Source: an uncultured Candidatus Rokubacteria bacterium (GTDB taxonomy: Bacteria > Methylomirabilota > Methylomirabilia > Rokubacteriales > CSP1-6). Taken from it: 64,000 nt of DNA. The position numbers were made by a program, and so were the translations under genes. Location of the stretch: NCBI GenBank assembly GCA_963758635.1, contig CAVWWD010000003.1, positions 320,001-384,000 on the forward strand, written 5' to 3'. Position 1 is the stretch's first letter, and every line of letters begins with the position of its first letter. The notes under the pieces are model-generated. The model saw only the letters and a program-made list of their open reading frames with translations, ran no database searches and was not told the DNA's origin. Positions 22,214 through 39,273 of the stretch are shown here, piece after piece.

Positions 22214-22288
22214 GCGGGAATAGCTCAGCGGTAGAGCGCCAGCCTTCCAAGCTGGGGGTCGCGGGTTCGAATCCCGTTTCCCGCTCCA
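22214..22288 (+). tRNA. tRNA-Gly(TCC)
   Basis: Acceptor stem GCGGGAA/TTCCCGC, anticodon loop CTTCCAA, encoded CCA. Confidence 0.97.
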
Positions 22289-22347
22289 TCGCCGCCTCGT
22301 GGCCACGAGGCGGGCGCTCGCTCACGACGACGACGATCGACATTCGG

Positions 22348-22423
22348 GCCCATGTAGCTCAGTTGGCAGAGCGCGTCCTTGGTAAGGACGAGGTCTCCGG
22401 TTCAAGCCCGGACATGGGCTCCA
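22348..22423 (+). tRNA. tRNA-Thr(GGT)
   Basis: Acceptor stem GCCCATG/CATGGGC, anticodon loop TTGGTAA, encoded CCA. Confidence 0.97.
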
Positions 22424-22449
22424 TTTCGCCGGACATGGGCTCCACTTCG
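22408..22449 (+). repeat. 21-bp tandem duplication of the tRNA-Thr(GGT) 3' end
   Basis: CCGGACATGGGCTCCATTTCG followed immediately by CCGGACATGGGCTCCACTTCG. Confidence 0.92.
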
Positions 22450-22513
22450 CTGGTTCGGCACGCGCGACCCTGGGCAGTCGAACGCACCACGTAGGACGGA
22501 GGAGGATTCTCGG

Positions 22514-23710
22514 ATGGCCAAGGCGAAGTTCGATCGGACGAAGCCGCACGTGAACATCGGGACGATTGGGCACATCGATCACGGGAAGACGACGTTGACG
22601 AGTGCGATTACGAAGGTGCTGCACACGAAGTACAGCGGGGTGGCGGTGCGGGACTTTGGGACGATCGACAACGCGCCGGAAGAGCGGGAGCGGGGGATCA
22701 CGATCGCGGTGTCGCACGTGGAGTACGAGACGGGGAACCGGCACTACGCGCACATCGACTGTCCGGGGCACGCGGACTACATCAAGAACATGATCACGGG
22801 GGCGGCGCAGATGGACGGGGCGATCCTCGTGGTGGCGGCGAACGATGGGCCGATGCCGCAGACGCGGGAGCACGTGTTGCTGGCGCGGCAGGTGAATGTG
22901 CCGAGCCTGGTGGTGTTCATGAACAAGGTGGACATGGTGGATGATCCGGAGATTTTGGACCTGGTGGAGCTGGAGGTGCGGGAGTTGCTGAAGAAGTACC
23001 AGTTCCCGGGGGACGACATCCCGGTGGTGCGGGGCAGCGCGCTGGGGGCGATGGAGAAGCCGGAGGACGCGACGGCGTCGAAGTGCATCTGGGAGCTGAT
23101 GGAGGCGGTGGACAGCTACATTCCGACGCCGCCGCGGCCGGTGGACAAGCCGTTTTTGATGCCGATCGAGGACATATTCACGATCACGGGGCGGGGGACG
23201 GTGGTGACGGGGCGGGTGGAGCGGGGGATCGTGAAGGTGGGGGAAGAGATCGAGATCGTGGGGATGCAGGAGGCGACGCGGAAGTCGGTGGTGACGGGGG
23301 TGGAGATGTTCCGGAAGCTGCTGGACGAGGGGCGGGCGGGGGACAACATCGGGGCGTTGCTGCGGGGGGTGGACAAGGACGAGGTGGAGCGGGGGCAGGT
23401 GCTGGCGAAGCCGGGGTCGATCAAGCCGCACAAGAAGTTCAAGGCGGAGGTGTACGTGCTGGGGAAGGACGAGGGGGGGCGGCACACGCCGTTTTTCAAC
23501 GGGTACCGGCCGCAGTTCTACTTTCGGACGACGGACGTGACGGGGGTGTGCACGCTGCCGAGTGGGGTGGAGATGGTGATGCCGGGGGACAACGTGACGA
23601 TGGCGATCGAGCTGATCCAGCCGATCGCGATGGAGAAGGAGCTGCGGTTCGCGATCCGGGAGGGGGGACGGACGGTGGGAGCGGGCGTCGTGGCGGAGAT
23701 CGCGGAGTAG
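22514..23710 (+). CDS. tuf: Elongation factor Tu, copy 1
   Basis: [21 protein letters not shown] and REGGRTVG motifs; 398 aa. Confidence 0.99.
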   Translation: MAKAKFDRTKPHVNIGTIGHIDHGKTTLTSAITKVLHTKYSGVAVRDFGTIDNAPEERERGITIAVSHVEYETGNRHYAHIDCPGHADYIKNMITGAAQMDGAILVVAANDGPMPQTREHVLLARQVNVPSLVVFMNKVDMVDDPEILDLVELEVRELLKKYQFPGDDIPVVRGSALGAMEKPEDATASKCIWELMEAVDSYIPTPPRPVDKPFLMPIEDIFTITGRGTVVTGRVERGIVKVGEEIEIVGMQEATRKSVVTGVEMFRKLLDEGRAGDNIGALLRGVDKDEVERGQVLAKPGSIKPHKKFKAEVYVLGKDEGGRHTPFFNGYRPQFYFRTTDVTGVCTLPSGVEMVMPGDNVTMAIELIQPIAMEKELRFAIREGGRTVGAGVVAEIAE

Positions 23711-23713
23711 GTC

Positions 23714-23863
23714 ATGCGCGACGGCATCTCCTTGGCGTGCACGACATGCCAGCGACGCAACTACGCGACCACCAAGAACCGGCGCACGCATCCCGATCGC
23801 CTGGAGCTCAAGAAGTTCTGCAAGTGGTGCCGTAAGCACACTCCCCACCGGGAGTCGAAATAG
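23714..23863 (+). CDS. rpmG: 50S ribosomal protein L33, Zn-binding type (missing from the ORF track)
   Basis: Manual translation: [49 protein letters not shown]. Confidence 0.97.
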   Translation: MRDGISLACTTCQRRNYATTKNRRTHPDRLELKKFCKWCRKHTPHRESK

Positions 23864-23915
23864 ACAACGCGGGCGCTGGCCCATTGTCCTAAGGGCCAAT
23901 TGTCCGAACGTTTCT

Positions 23916-23992
23916 AGGCGTGTAGCTCTAACGGCTAGAGCACCGGACTCCAAATCCGGGGGATGGGGGTTCGAATCCCTCCACGCCTGCCA
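23916..23992 (+). tRNA. tRNA-Trp(CCA)
   Basis: Acceptor stem AGGCGTG/CACGCCT, anticodon loop CTCCAAA, encoded CCA; usual position between rpmG and secE. Confidence 0.96.
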
Positions 23993-24071
23993 GTTCCGCC
24001 GCCGCGTGCCGGGGGACCGGCCGCGGCGAGCGGTGGAGTAAACGCTTCGAGGGTGTCTTGACGGGAGCGGA

Positions 24072-24263
24072 ATGGAGTTCCTGAGACGTACCCAGCAGTT
24101 CTTCCACGAGGTGATGGCGGAGTTCCGGCGCGTCAGCTGGCCCAGCCGCACCGAGGTGGCCAACTCCACCGTGGTCGTCGTGGCGGTGGTGTTCGTGCTC
24201 GCCTTCTTCCTCGGGGGGGTCGACGTCGCCCTGTCCAAGATCGTGGAGAGGATCCTCCGATGA
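24072..24263 (+). CDS. secE: Preprotein translocase subunit SecE
   Basis: EFRRVSWPSR followed by one TM helix. Confidence 0.96.
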   Translation: MEFLRRTQQFFHEVMAEFRRVSWPSRTEVANSTVVVVAVVFVLAFFLGGVDVALSKIVERILR

Positions 24264-24820
24264 GCGAGAGCGAAACGGCGACAGGGACGCGGCCGAAGCA
24301 GTGGTTCGTCGTGCACACGTACTCGGGCTTCGAGAACAAGGTGGCGTCGGCCATCGAGTCGCGGGCCAAGATCTTCAACCTCCAGGACATGTTCGGCCGC
24401 GTGATCGTGCCCACCGAGAAGGTGCGGGAGATCCGGCGGAGCAAGAAGATCGAGATCGAGCAGAAGTTCTTCCCGGGCTACCTGCTCGTGGAGATGGAGT
24501 TGACCGACGACACGTGGCACCTCGTGCGCTCGACGCCGAAGGTCACGGGCTTCGTCGGCTCGGGGGCGCGGCCGGTCGCGCTGCCGCCCGACGAGGTGGA
24601 GGGGATCCTCAAGCAGATGGAGGAGGGCGCGGAGAAGCCCAAGCTCAAGTCCACGTTCCAGCGTGGCGACAAGGTGCGGGTCATCGAGGGGCCGTTCGTG
24701 AACTTCCAGGGCGCCATCGACGACCTCAACCCCGAGCGCGGGAAGCTCAAGGTCATGGTGGCCATCTTCGGGCGCATGACGCCCGTGGAGCTCGAGTACT
24801 ACCAGGTGGAAAGGCTCTGA
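24260..24820 (+). CDS. nusG: Transcription factor NusG
   Basis: [22 protein letters not shown] domain GPFVNFQG, and [10 protein letters not shown]. Confidence 0.99.
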   Translation: MSESETATGTRPKQWFVVHTYSGFENKVASAIESRAKIFNLQDMFGRVIVPTEKVREIRRSKKIEIEQKFFPGYLLVEMELTDDTWHLVRSTPKVTGFVGSGARPVALPPDEVEGILKQMEEGAEKPKLKSTFQRGDKVRVIEGPFVNFQGAIDDLNPERGKLKVMVAIFGRMTPVELEYYQVERL

Positions 24821-24821
24821 C

Positions 24822-25256
24822 ATGGCGAAGAAGGTCCAGGCGATGGTGAAGCTGCAGATCCCCGCGGGCAAGGCCAACCCCTCGCCCCCGGTGGGACCCG
24901 CGCTCGGCCAGCACGGGGTCAACATCATGGAGTTCTGCAAGGGCTTCAACGCCCAGACGAACTCGCAGGAGGGCCTGATCCTGCCCGTGGTGGTCACGAT
25001 CTTCCAGGACCGGTCGTTCACCTTCGTGGTGAAGACGCCGCCCGCCGCGGTGCTCCTGAAGCGCGCGGCGGGGATCGCCAAGGCGTCGGCGGTGCCCCAC
25101 AAGGACAAGATCGGCCAGGTGACGCGCGCCCAGGTCCGCGAGATCGCCCAGACCAAGCTCGTCGACCTGAACACCGACTCCATCGACTCCGCCATGCGCA
25201 CCGTCGAAGGCACCGCCCGCAGCATGGGGATTGATGTGGTCGGTGCTGTGAGGTGA
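24822..25256 (+). CDS. rplK: 50S ribosomal protein L11
   Basis: [20 protein letters not shown] and GTARSMG motifs. Confidence 0.99.
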   Translation: MAKKVQAMVKLQIPAGKANPSPPVGPALGQHGVNIMEFCKGFNAQTNSQEGLILPVVVTIFQDRSFTFVVKTPPAAVLLKRAAGIAKASAVPHKDKIGQVTRAQVREIAQTKLVDLNTDSIDSAMRTVEGTARSMGIDVVGAVR

Positions 25257-25491
25257 GCGCGAAGCGCGAGCCGAACGAACATGGAAATGCAGTGGAAACG
25301 ACCAGAACCCGACGAGAGCCGGCGCGATCGAGAGCCGGCCGTGGCAGTGCGAGGTGAGCGCGAAGCGCGAGCCGAGCGAACATGGAAATGCAGTGGAAAC
25401 GACCGAGAGCCGCGACGAGAGCCGGCCGTGGCAGTGCGAGGTGAGCGCGAAGCGCGAGCCGAGCGTATATGGAAATGCAGTGGAAACAACC
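25240..25491 (+). repeat. Family C array: three ~64-bp units with related linkers
   Basis: GTGGCAGTGCGAGGTGAGCGCGAAGCGCGAGCCGAGCGAACATGGAAATGCAGTGGAAACGACC at 25341, a near-identical unit at 25428, and a 5'-degenerate unit at ~25240. Confidence 0.93.
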
Positions 25492-25520
25492 GAAACGCGG
25501 CCTGAGAGGAGCGCACTGAC

Positions 25521-26228
25521 ATGCCGACCATGACCAAGCGCGAGAAGGCGGCGAGCGCCGCCTACGACCGGGAGAAGGAATATCCGGTCGAAGAGGCGCT
25601 CGGCGTCCTGAACCAGCTGCCGAAGGCGAAGTTCGACGAGACGGTCGATCTGTCGATGCGGCTCGGCGTCGATCCCAAGCACGCGGACCAGATGGTCCGC
25701 GGCGCCATCGTCCTGCCCCACGGCATCGGCAAGGCCGTGCGCGTGGCGGTGTTCGCCAAGGGCGAAAAGGAGCGCGAGGCGCGCGAGGCCGGCGCGGACG
25801 TGGTCGGCGCCGAGGATCTCGTCGAGCGGATCCAGGGGGGCTGGCTCGACTTCGACTCGGCGGTGGCCACCCCGGACCTCATGGGCCAGGTGGGCCGACT
25901 CGGCAAGGTGCTCGGTCCGCGCGGGCTCATGCCCAACCCGAAGCTCGGCACGGTGACGTTCGACGTCGGGCGCGCGGTGCGCGAGGTGAAGGCGGGCAAG
26001 GTGGAGTTCCGGGTGGACAAGGCCGGCAACGTGCACGTGCCCATCGGGAAGCGCTCGTTCACGCCGGAGGCCCTCGTGGACAACGCCCTCGCCCTCCTCG
26101 AGGCGGTCGTCCGGGCCAAGCCCTCGGCCTCGAAGGGCACGTACCTGCGGTCGATCACGCTGTCCTCGACCATGAGCCCCGGCATCAAGGTCGACGCCCA
26201 GCGCATCGCCGCGCAGTTCAAGCGGTAG
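25521..26228 (+). CDS. rplA: 50S ribosomal protein L1
   Basis: KFDETVD and [11 protein letters not shown] motifs. Confidence 0.99.
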   Translation: MPTMTKREKAASAAYDREKEYPVEEALGVLNQLPKAKFDETVDLSMRLGVDPKHADQMVRGAIVLPHGIGKAVRVAVFAKGEKEREAREAGADVVGAEDLVERIQGGWLDFDSAVATPDLMGQVGRLGKVLGPRGLMPNPKLGTVTFDVGRAVREVKAGKVEFRVDKAGNVHVPIGKRSFTPEALVDNALALLEAVVRAKPSASKGTYLRSITLSSTMSPGIKVDAQRIAAQFKR

Positions 26229-26390
26229 TGCGCAGCGAGCCGAAGGCGAGCGGAGCGCATATGGAAATGCAGTGGAAGCGACGCAGCGCCGAGCGCACAT
26301 GGAAATGCAGTGGAAACGACCGCAGCGCCGCCGGACGCGTTGCGGGGACGGCAGTGGAAACAACCGCAGCGCCGTCGAACGCGTTGCGGG
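26222..26390 (+). repeat. Family C array between rplA and rplJ
   Basis: Full unit from 26222; further ATGGAAATGCAGTGGAAAC at 26299; partial GCAGTGGAAACAACC at 26351; duplicated GCAGCGCCG..ACGCGTTGCGGG. Confidence 0.9.
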
Positions 26391-26454
26391 TCGCTCGGAA
26401 CGCTGAGCAGCTGAACGAGACGCAGGGTCCGCGGACCGCATAGAGGAGCCACAC

Positions 26455-27202
26455 GTGCCGAACGCAGCGAAGGCCGAGACGATCGAGTCGCTGAAGCAGC
26501 GGCTCGACGGCGCGCACAGCGCCGTGCTGACCGACTACCGCGGACTGACCGTCCGCCAGATCTCCGACCTGCGGAAGCAGCTCAAGGGCGCGGCCGCGGA
26601 GTACAAGGTGGTCAAGAATCGCCTGGCCGCCCTCGCCGTCCGAGGGGGCGCTCTCGACGCCATCGCGCCGCACCTGAAGGGCCCCGTCGGTCTGGCGTTC
26701 ACCAAGCAGGACCCGGTGGCGGTGGCCAAGGCGCTCCAGGTCTTCGTTCGCGCGAACCCGACCTTCACGATCAGGCTCGGCCTGGTCGAGGGGAAGGTGG
26801 TGCCGCCCGAGGGACTCCGCTCGCTCGCCGAGCTGCCGTCGAAGGAGGCGCTCCGGAGCCAGCTGGTCGGCGCCCTCGAGGGCCCGATGTCGCAGATCGT
26901 GAGCCTGCTGCAGGCCCCGATGCGCGACCTGGCCTACATCCTCTCCGAGCGGAGCAAGCAGGAGGGGGCCGCGCCGGCCGCACCGGCGGCGGAGCCGGTG
27001 GCCGCTGCGGCCGCGAGCGCGGAGCCGGCAGCAGAAGCCGCGGCCGCGCCGGCCGCGAGCGCGGAGCCGGCAGCGGAAGCGCCGGCCGAAGCGGCGCCGA
27101 GCGCGGAGCCGCCGAGCGCGGAGCCAGGCGAGCGCAGGCAGCCGCGAGCGCGGAGCGGCGAGCGCGGAGCCCGCGGGCGAGGCGCCCGCGACGAGCGCGT
27201 AG
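26455..27202 (+). CDS. rplJ: 50S ribosomal protein L10 with long Ala/Glu/Pro C-terminal tail; apparent indel(s) near 27120-27160
   Basis: [17 protein letters not shown] and LPSKEAL motifs; the ASAEPA repeat resumes in a shifted frame and ends at TAG 27200-27202. Confidence 0.92.
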
Positions 27203-27259
27203 CAAGGGACAGGACCGAGTCGATCACGCAGTCGAACCAATTCACTGGAGGCTCAGGAC

Positions 27260-27644
27260 ATGGCGACGAACATCGAGGAGATTGCCGAGAAGCTGGACTC
27301 GCTGACCCTGCTGGAGGCGTCCCAGCTCTCGAAGCTCTTGCAGGAGAAGTGGGGCGTCTCGGCGGCGGCGGCGGTGGCGGTGGCCGCTCCGGCGGCGGGC
27401 GGCGGCCGCGGGTGCCGCGGTGGCCGAGGAGAAGACGGAGTTCGACGTCATCCTGTCCGCGGCCGGCGAGAAGAAGATCCAGGTCATCAAGGTGGTGCGC
27501 GAGCTGACGGGCCTCGGTCTGAAGGAGGCGAAGGACCTCGTCGACGGTGCCCCGAAGGCCGTGAAGGAGAAGATCGCGAAGGCCGAGGCCGCGGACGTCA
27601 AGAAGAAGCTCGAGGAGGTCGGCGCCGTCGTCGAGGTCAAGTAG
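27260..27644 (+). CDS. rplL: 50S ribosomal protein L7/L12; apparent frameshift near 27400
   Basis: [16 protein letters not shown], then [30 protein letters not shown] in the next frame. Confidence 0.97.
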
Positions 27645-27789
27645 CCTCCGCCCTGAATCGACCGGGAGCCAGCGGCACCGGCTTCCGGCGGGAACGCATC
27701 GTCCGAAAGAGGCGGTTCTTTCTTTCAGGGGCCTCGCCCGCGAGGGCGGGAGTGAGCACCCGGCGTGCGAGCCGGGGCGCGGAGGGTGT

Positions 27790-31793
<4,004 letters not shown>

Positions 31794-31808
31794 CAGGAGA
31801 TCCCGAGA

Positions 31809-34800
31809 ATGCTGACGGACCGGTCATTCGGCAGCCTCGTACGCGAGGAGAAGCCCACCAAGGACCTGTGGGGCATCCTCGATCGGCATCCGAAGCCCAT
31901 GACCTTCGGCGCCATCCGGATCAAGCTGGCCTCGCCCCAGAAGATCCGCGAGTGGTCGCACGGAGAGGTGAAGAAGCCCGAGACCATCAACTACCGGACC
32001 TTCAAGCCGGAGCGCGACGGCCTCTTCTGCGCCCGCATCTTCGGGCCCACCAAGGACTACGAGTGCGCGTGCGGCAAGTACAAGCGCATGAAGTTCGCCG
32101 GCGTGGTGTGCGACAAGTGCGGGGTCGAGGTCCGGCGGGCGCGGGTGCGCCGCGAGCGCATGGGCCACATCGAGCTCGCGTCCCCGGTGTCCCACGTGTG
32201 GTTCTTCAAGGGCCTGCCCTCGCGCATCGGGCAGCTCCTCGACATGTCGCTCCGTGAGCTGGAGAAGATCCTCTACTTCGAGGAGTACGTGATCATCGAG
32301 CCGGGCAAGGTGCCCGGCATGAAGAAGAAGGACCTCCTGCCCGTGGACCGCATGCGCAAGCTCCAGGAGGAGCACGGTCACGACTCCTTCCGGGTGGGGA
32401 TGGGCGCCGAGGCCATCCGCGAGCTGCTCCGCGACATGGACCTGGACACCCTCGCCCGCGAGCTGCGCACGCAGATGGGCGTGGAGACCTCCGCGCAGAA
32501 GCGGAAGAAGATCGTCAAGCGCCTGAAGGTCATGGAGGCGTTCCTCAAGTCCGGCAACCAGCCCGAGTGGATGATCCTCGAGGTGCTGCCGGTCATCCCG
32601 CCGGAGCTGCGGCCGCTCGTGCCGCTGGACGGCGGCCGGTTCGCCACCTCCGACCTGAACGATCTCTACCGGCGCGTGATCAACCGCAACAACCGGCTGA
32701 AGCGGCTCATCGAGCTGCGCGCTCCCGAGATCATCATCCGGAACGAGAAGCGGATGCTCCAGGAGGCGGTCGACGCCCTCTTCGACAACGGCCGCCGCGG
32801 GCGCGTCATCACCGGCCCCAACAACCGGCCCCTCAAGTCGCTGTCCGACACCCTCAAGGGCAAGCAGGGGCGGTTCCGTCAGAACCTCCTCGGCAAGCGC
32901 GTGGACTACTCGGGCCGGTCCGTCATCGTGGTGGGCCCGTACCTGAAGCTCCACCAGTGCGGCCTGCCCAAGAAGATGGCCGTCGAGCTCTTCAAGCCCT
33001 TCATCCTCCGCAAGCTGGAGGAGCGCGGGCTCGCCTCGTCGATCAAGGCGGCGAAGAAGTTCGTGGAGAAGGAGCGCCCCGAGGTGTGGGACATCCTCGA
33101 GGAGGTCATCAAGGAGCACCCGATCCTCCTCAACCGCGCCCCCACGCTCCACCGGCTCGGCATCCAGGCCTTCGAGCCCCTGCTCGTGGAGGGCAAGGCC
33201 ATCGAGATCCACCCGCTCGTCTGCACCGCGTTCAACGCGGACTTCGACGGCGACCAGATGGCCGTGCACATCCCGCTCTCCATGGAAGCCCAGATGGAGG
33301 CGCAGGTGCTGATGCTGGCGTCGAACAACATCCTGTCGCCCTCCAACGGGGCGCCGGTGGCCATCCCCAGCCAGGACATGGTGTTCGGCATCTACTACCT
33401 CACCAAGGAGCGCCCGGGCGCCCTCGGGAGCGGCCGGCTGTTCGCCGACCCCGAAGAGGTGCGGATCGCCTACGACAACGAGAACGTGGACCTGCAGGCG
33501 CCGATCCGTCTGCGGTGGCGCGGCGGCATCATCGACACCACCGTCGGCCGCACCCTGCTCAACGACGTGGTGCCGGAGCCGCTCCGGTTCGTGAACCGCG
33601 AGCTCAAGAAGAAGGAGATCGGCGTCCTCATCGGCGACTGCTACAACCGCCTCGGCAACGAGGTGACGGTGGCCTTCCTCGACGAGCTGAAGGACATCGG
33701 GTTCCGCTACGCCACCCTGTCCGGCCTGTCCATCGGCATCGGCGACATGCTCGCGCCGTCGTCCAAGGGCCGGCTCATCGAGGACGCCCGGCGGAACGTC
33801 GCCGAGGTCGAGCAGCAGTACCAGGACGGCGTCATCACCAACGGCGAGCGCTACAACAAGGTCGTGGACATCTGGGCCCACGTGACCGAGCAGATCGCCG
33901 AGGAGCTGTTCAAGGAGATGGAGGTGCGGGCGGAGGGCGGGGAGTTCAACCCCATCTACATGATGGCGGACTCCGGCGCCCGGGGCTCCAAGCAGCAGAT
34001 CCGCCAGCTCGCGGGGATGCGCGGCCTCATGGCCAAGCCGTCGGGCGAGGTCATCGAGACGCCGATCACGTCGAACTTCCGCGAGGGCCTCACCGTGCTG
34101 GAGTACTTCACGTCCACCCACGGCGCCCGCAAGGGCCTCGCCGACACCGCGCTGAAGACGGCCGACTCCGGCTACCTCACGCGCCGGCTCGTCGACGTGT
34201 CCCAGGACGTGATCGTGTCGGAGTTCGACTGCGGCACCGTGAAGTACATCGACGCCGCGCCGCTGTTCGAGGGCGGCGACATCATCCAGTCGCTCCGTGA
34301 CCGCGTGCTCGGGCGCGTGGCCGCGGAGGACGTGCGCGATCCGCTGACCGGCGAGATCATCGTGCAGGTCAACACCGAGATCATCGAGGAGCTCGCGCAG
34401 AAGATCGAGGACTCGGGCCTCGAGCGCGTGCGCATCCGCTCCGCCCTCACCTGCGAGACGAAGCGGGGCATCTGCGTGATGTGCTACGGCCGGAACCTCG
34501 GCACCGGGCACCTCGCCGAGCTCGGCGAGGCGGTGGGCATCATCGCCGCCCAGTCCATCGGCGAGCCGGGCACCCAGCTCACCATGCGGACGTTCCACAT
34601 CGGCGGCACGGCGAGCGGCGTGGCCGCGGCGTCCGAGCACTACGCCAAGAACGCCGGCATCGTGAAGTACCACAACATCCGGACCGTCGAGGACCGGAAC
34701 GCCGACATCGTCGTGCTCAACCGGAACGGCGAGATCCACGTGGTCGACGACCGGGGCCGGGAGAAGGAGCGGTACGCCGTCATCACCGGCGCCAAGATCA

Positions 34801-35991
34801 AGGTGAAGGACGCGAGCCGGGTCAAGCCGGGACAGCTCCTCGTGCAGTGGGACCGGTTCAACACGCCGATCCTCACCGAGGTCAGCGGCACCATCGTGCT
34901 GCGCGACATCGTGGACGACGTGACGATCCGCGAGGTCATCGACGAGGTCACCGGCCTCGCGCAGCGCGTCATCATCGAGGACCAGGAAGGCCGGCTCCAG
35001 CCCCGCGTCTCCGTGAAGGCGCCGGGCACCGGGCGACGGCGGGGACACCGACGCCCTCGGCGAGACCCGGGGGCGGTACATGCTGCCGGTGGGCGCCCAC
35101 CTCCTCGTGGGGGACGGGCAGGAGGTGTTCCAGGGCGACACCATCGCGAAGATCCCGCGCGAGTCGACGAAGACCAAGGACATCACGGGCGGCCTCCCGC
35201 GCGTGGCCGAGCTGTTCGAGGCGCGCAAGCCGAAGGACCAGGCGGTCATCACCGAGATCGACGGGGCGGTGGAGTTCGCGGGGTTCGTCAAGGGCATGCG
35301 CAAGATCGTGATCCGCGCCACCGACGGCGAGACCCGCGAGTACCTGATCCCGCGCGGCAAGCACATCGCCGTGCACGAGGGCGACCGGGTCAAGGCGGGC
35401 GAGGCGCTCATGGACGGGTCGCCGAACCCCCACGACTACCTGGCCGTCCTCGGCGACCGCGAGCTGCAGCGCTACCTCGTGAACGAGGTGCAGGAGGTGT
35501 ACCGGCTGCAGGGCGTGACCATCAACGACAAGCACATCGAGATCATCGTGCGCCAGATGCTCCGGCGCGTGCGGATCGAGGAGGTCGGGGACACCGACTT
35601 CGTGGTGGGCGAGCTCGTCGACCGGTTCGCCTTCCAGGAGGAGAACGACCGCGTGGTCGGCGCGGGCAAGCGGCCGTCCACGGCCAAGCCCGTGCTCCTC
35701 GGCATCACCAAGGCGTCGCTGTCCACCGACAGCTTCATCTCGGCGGCGTCCTTCCAGGAGACCACGCGCGTGCTCACCGAGGCCGCCATCAGCGGCAAGG
35801 TAGACGACCTCCGCGGCCTCAAGGAGAACGTGATCGTGGGACGGCTCATCCCCGCCGGCACCGGCCTCGGCCACTACACCAGGGCCGAGGTGCTGAGCCA
35901 GGGCGGCGAAGAGACGGTGGCGGTGGTCGAGCCGCCCGAGGAGCCGGTGGTAGAGTCCGAGGACGGCGAGGAGATGGCCCAGGCGGGATGA
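31809..35991 (+). CDS. rpoC: RNA polymerase beta' subunit; apparent frameshift near 35030
   Basis: NADFDGD and [13 protein letters not shown] motifs; ITGGLPRV and SAASFQETT in ORF 35080..35991. Confidence 0.99.
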
Positions 35992-36020
35992 CCGGGGTCC
36001 CTGTCAAGGGCCGTAACTCC

Positions 36021-36049
36021 TTGACAGGGAGACCCTATTCGGCTATAAA
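36021..36049 (+). promoter_or_regulatory. Near-consensus sigma70 promoter of the str operon
   Basis: TTGACA-17 nt-TATAAA; the -35 box lies in one arm of an 11-bp inverted repeat (35999-36029). Confidence 0.85.
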
Positions 36050-36086
36050 GTTAGAGTTTTGGCTTTATTGACGGCAATGGAGAGCC

Positions 36087-36470
36087 ATGCCCACGATTAA
36101 CCAGCTCGTCCGGAAGGGCCGCGAGGCCCTCCCGAAGAAGTCGAAGACACCTGCGATGGAGGCCTGCCCGCAGAAGCGGGGGGTCTGCATCCGGGTCTAC
36201 ACGACCACGCCGAAGAAGCCCAACTCGGCGCTGCGCAAGGTCGCCCGCGTCCGTCTGACCAACGGGCTCGAGGTGACCTCCTACATCCCCGGGGTGGGGC
36301 ACAACCTGCAGGAGCACTCGATCGTCCTCATCCGGGGCGGCCGCGTGAAGGACCTGCCCGGCATCCGCTACCACATCATCCGCGGCTCGCTGGACACCGC
36401 GGGGGTCGCGGGACGCAAGCAGAGCCGGTCGAAGTACGGGGCGAAGCAGCCGAAGGGCGGCGGAGGCTAG
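36087..36470 (+). CDS. rpsL: 30S ribosomal protein S12
   Basis: [10 protein letters not shown] and RVKDLPG motifs. Confidence 0.99.
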   Translation: MPTINQLVRKGREALPKKSKTPAMEACPQKRGVCIRVYTTTPKKPNSALRKVARVRLTNGLEVTSYIPGVGHNLQEHSIVLIRGGRVKDLPGIRYHIIRGSLDTAGVAGRKQSRSKYGAKQPKGGGG

Positions 36471-36473
36471 CCG

Positions 36474-36941
36474 ATGCGGAGAGCGGGAGCGACACGGCGC
36501 GAGGTCCTGCCGGATCCGAAGTACGGGAGCAAGCTCGTGGCGAAGTTCGTGAACATGATGATGATCGGCGGCAAGAAGAGCACGGCCGAGCACATCATGT
36601 ACTCCGCCCTCGGCAGCGTCGAGGACCGGGCCAAGCAGGACGCGCTCAAGATGTTCAAGGCCGCCGTGGACAACTGCAAGCCCGCCGTCGAGGTGAAGTC
36701 GCGTCGCGTGGGCGGCTCGACGTATCAGGTGCCGGTGGAAGTCCGGCCCGACCGCCGCGTGGCCCTCAGCATGCGGTGGCTGATCGGCTCGGCGCGCCGG
36801 CGCGCCGAGCGGAGCATGGCCGAGAAGCTGGCCGGCGAGCTGCTCGACGCCGCGAACAATCGGGGCTCCGCCGTGAAGAAGCGCGAAGACACTCACAAGA
36901 TGGCGGAGGCCAACAAGGCGTTCGCGCATTACCGCTGGTAG
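36474..36941 (+). CDS. rpsG: 30S ribosomal protein S7
   Basis: [11 protein letters not shown] and [13 protein letters not shown] motifs. Confidence 0.99.
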   Translation: MRRAGATRREVLPDPKYGSKLVAKFVNMMMIGGKKSTAEHIMYSALGSVEDRAKQDALKMFKAAVDNCKPAVEVKSRRVGGSTYQVPVEVRPDRRVALSMRWLIGSARRRAERSMAEKLAGELLDAANNRGSAVKKREDTHKMAEANKAFAHYRW

Positions 36942-36952
36942 CAGCCGAGACA

Positions 36953-36988
36953 AGAAGAGGGGGGCCGAGGGCTCGACCCCCCTCTTCT
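36953..36988. terminator. Strong hairpin between rpsG and fusA
   Basis: 12-bp perfect stem AGAAGAGGGGGG / CCCCCCTCTTCT followed by CTT. Confidence 0.55.
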
Positions 36989-37029
36989 CTTGAGTCGCGC
37001 CGTCCAGCATACGAAGGGAAGGGCGTCCC

Positions 37030-39135
<2,106 letters not shown>

Positions 39136-39214
39136 TGAGCCCCGCGCATCAGACTAACGCCGCAAAGGTGGGATTGTAGGGGCCCGTGACGGTTACCGTG
39201 TTCTGCGAGACTCA
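39136..39214 (-). mobile_element. MITE-like family B copy (79 bp) with perfect CTAG flanks
   Basis: CTAG-TGAGCCCCGC...GCGAGACTCA-CTAG; the first CTAG contains the fusA stop codon. Confidence 0.93.
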
Positions 39215-39273
39215 CTAGGGCGCCCTTCCGGGAACCCAGCATCACCGCGCTCCCCACGGCTTAGGAGAGGGAC

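Noticed and set aside
25240..25491. CRISPR array (repeat ending ...GGAAAC)
   Set aside because: Units are ~64 bp, the linkers are unequal in length and similar to each other, copies are dispersed including inside hisF, and there are no cas genes.
25281..26443. Small ORFs 25281..25505 and 26228..26443 (MEMQWKR repeats) as novel peptides
   Set aside because: They are translations of the family C DNA repeat, lack a clear RBS, and successive units fall in different frames.
26410..26447. L10 leader RNA upstream of rplJ
   Set aside because: GAGACGCAGG...GAGG only loosely resembles the motif and cannot be supported without an Rfam search.
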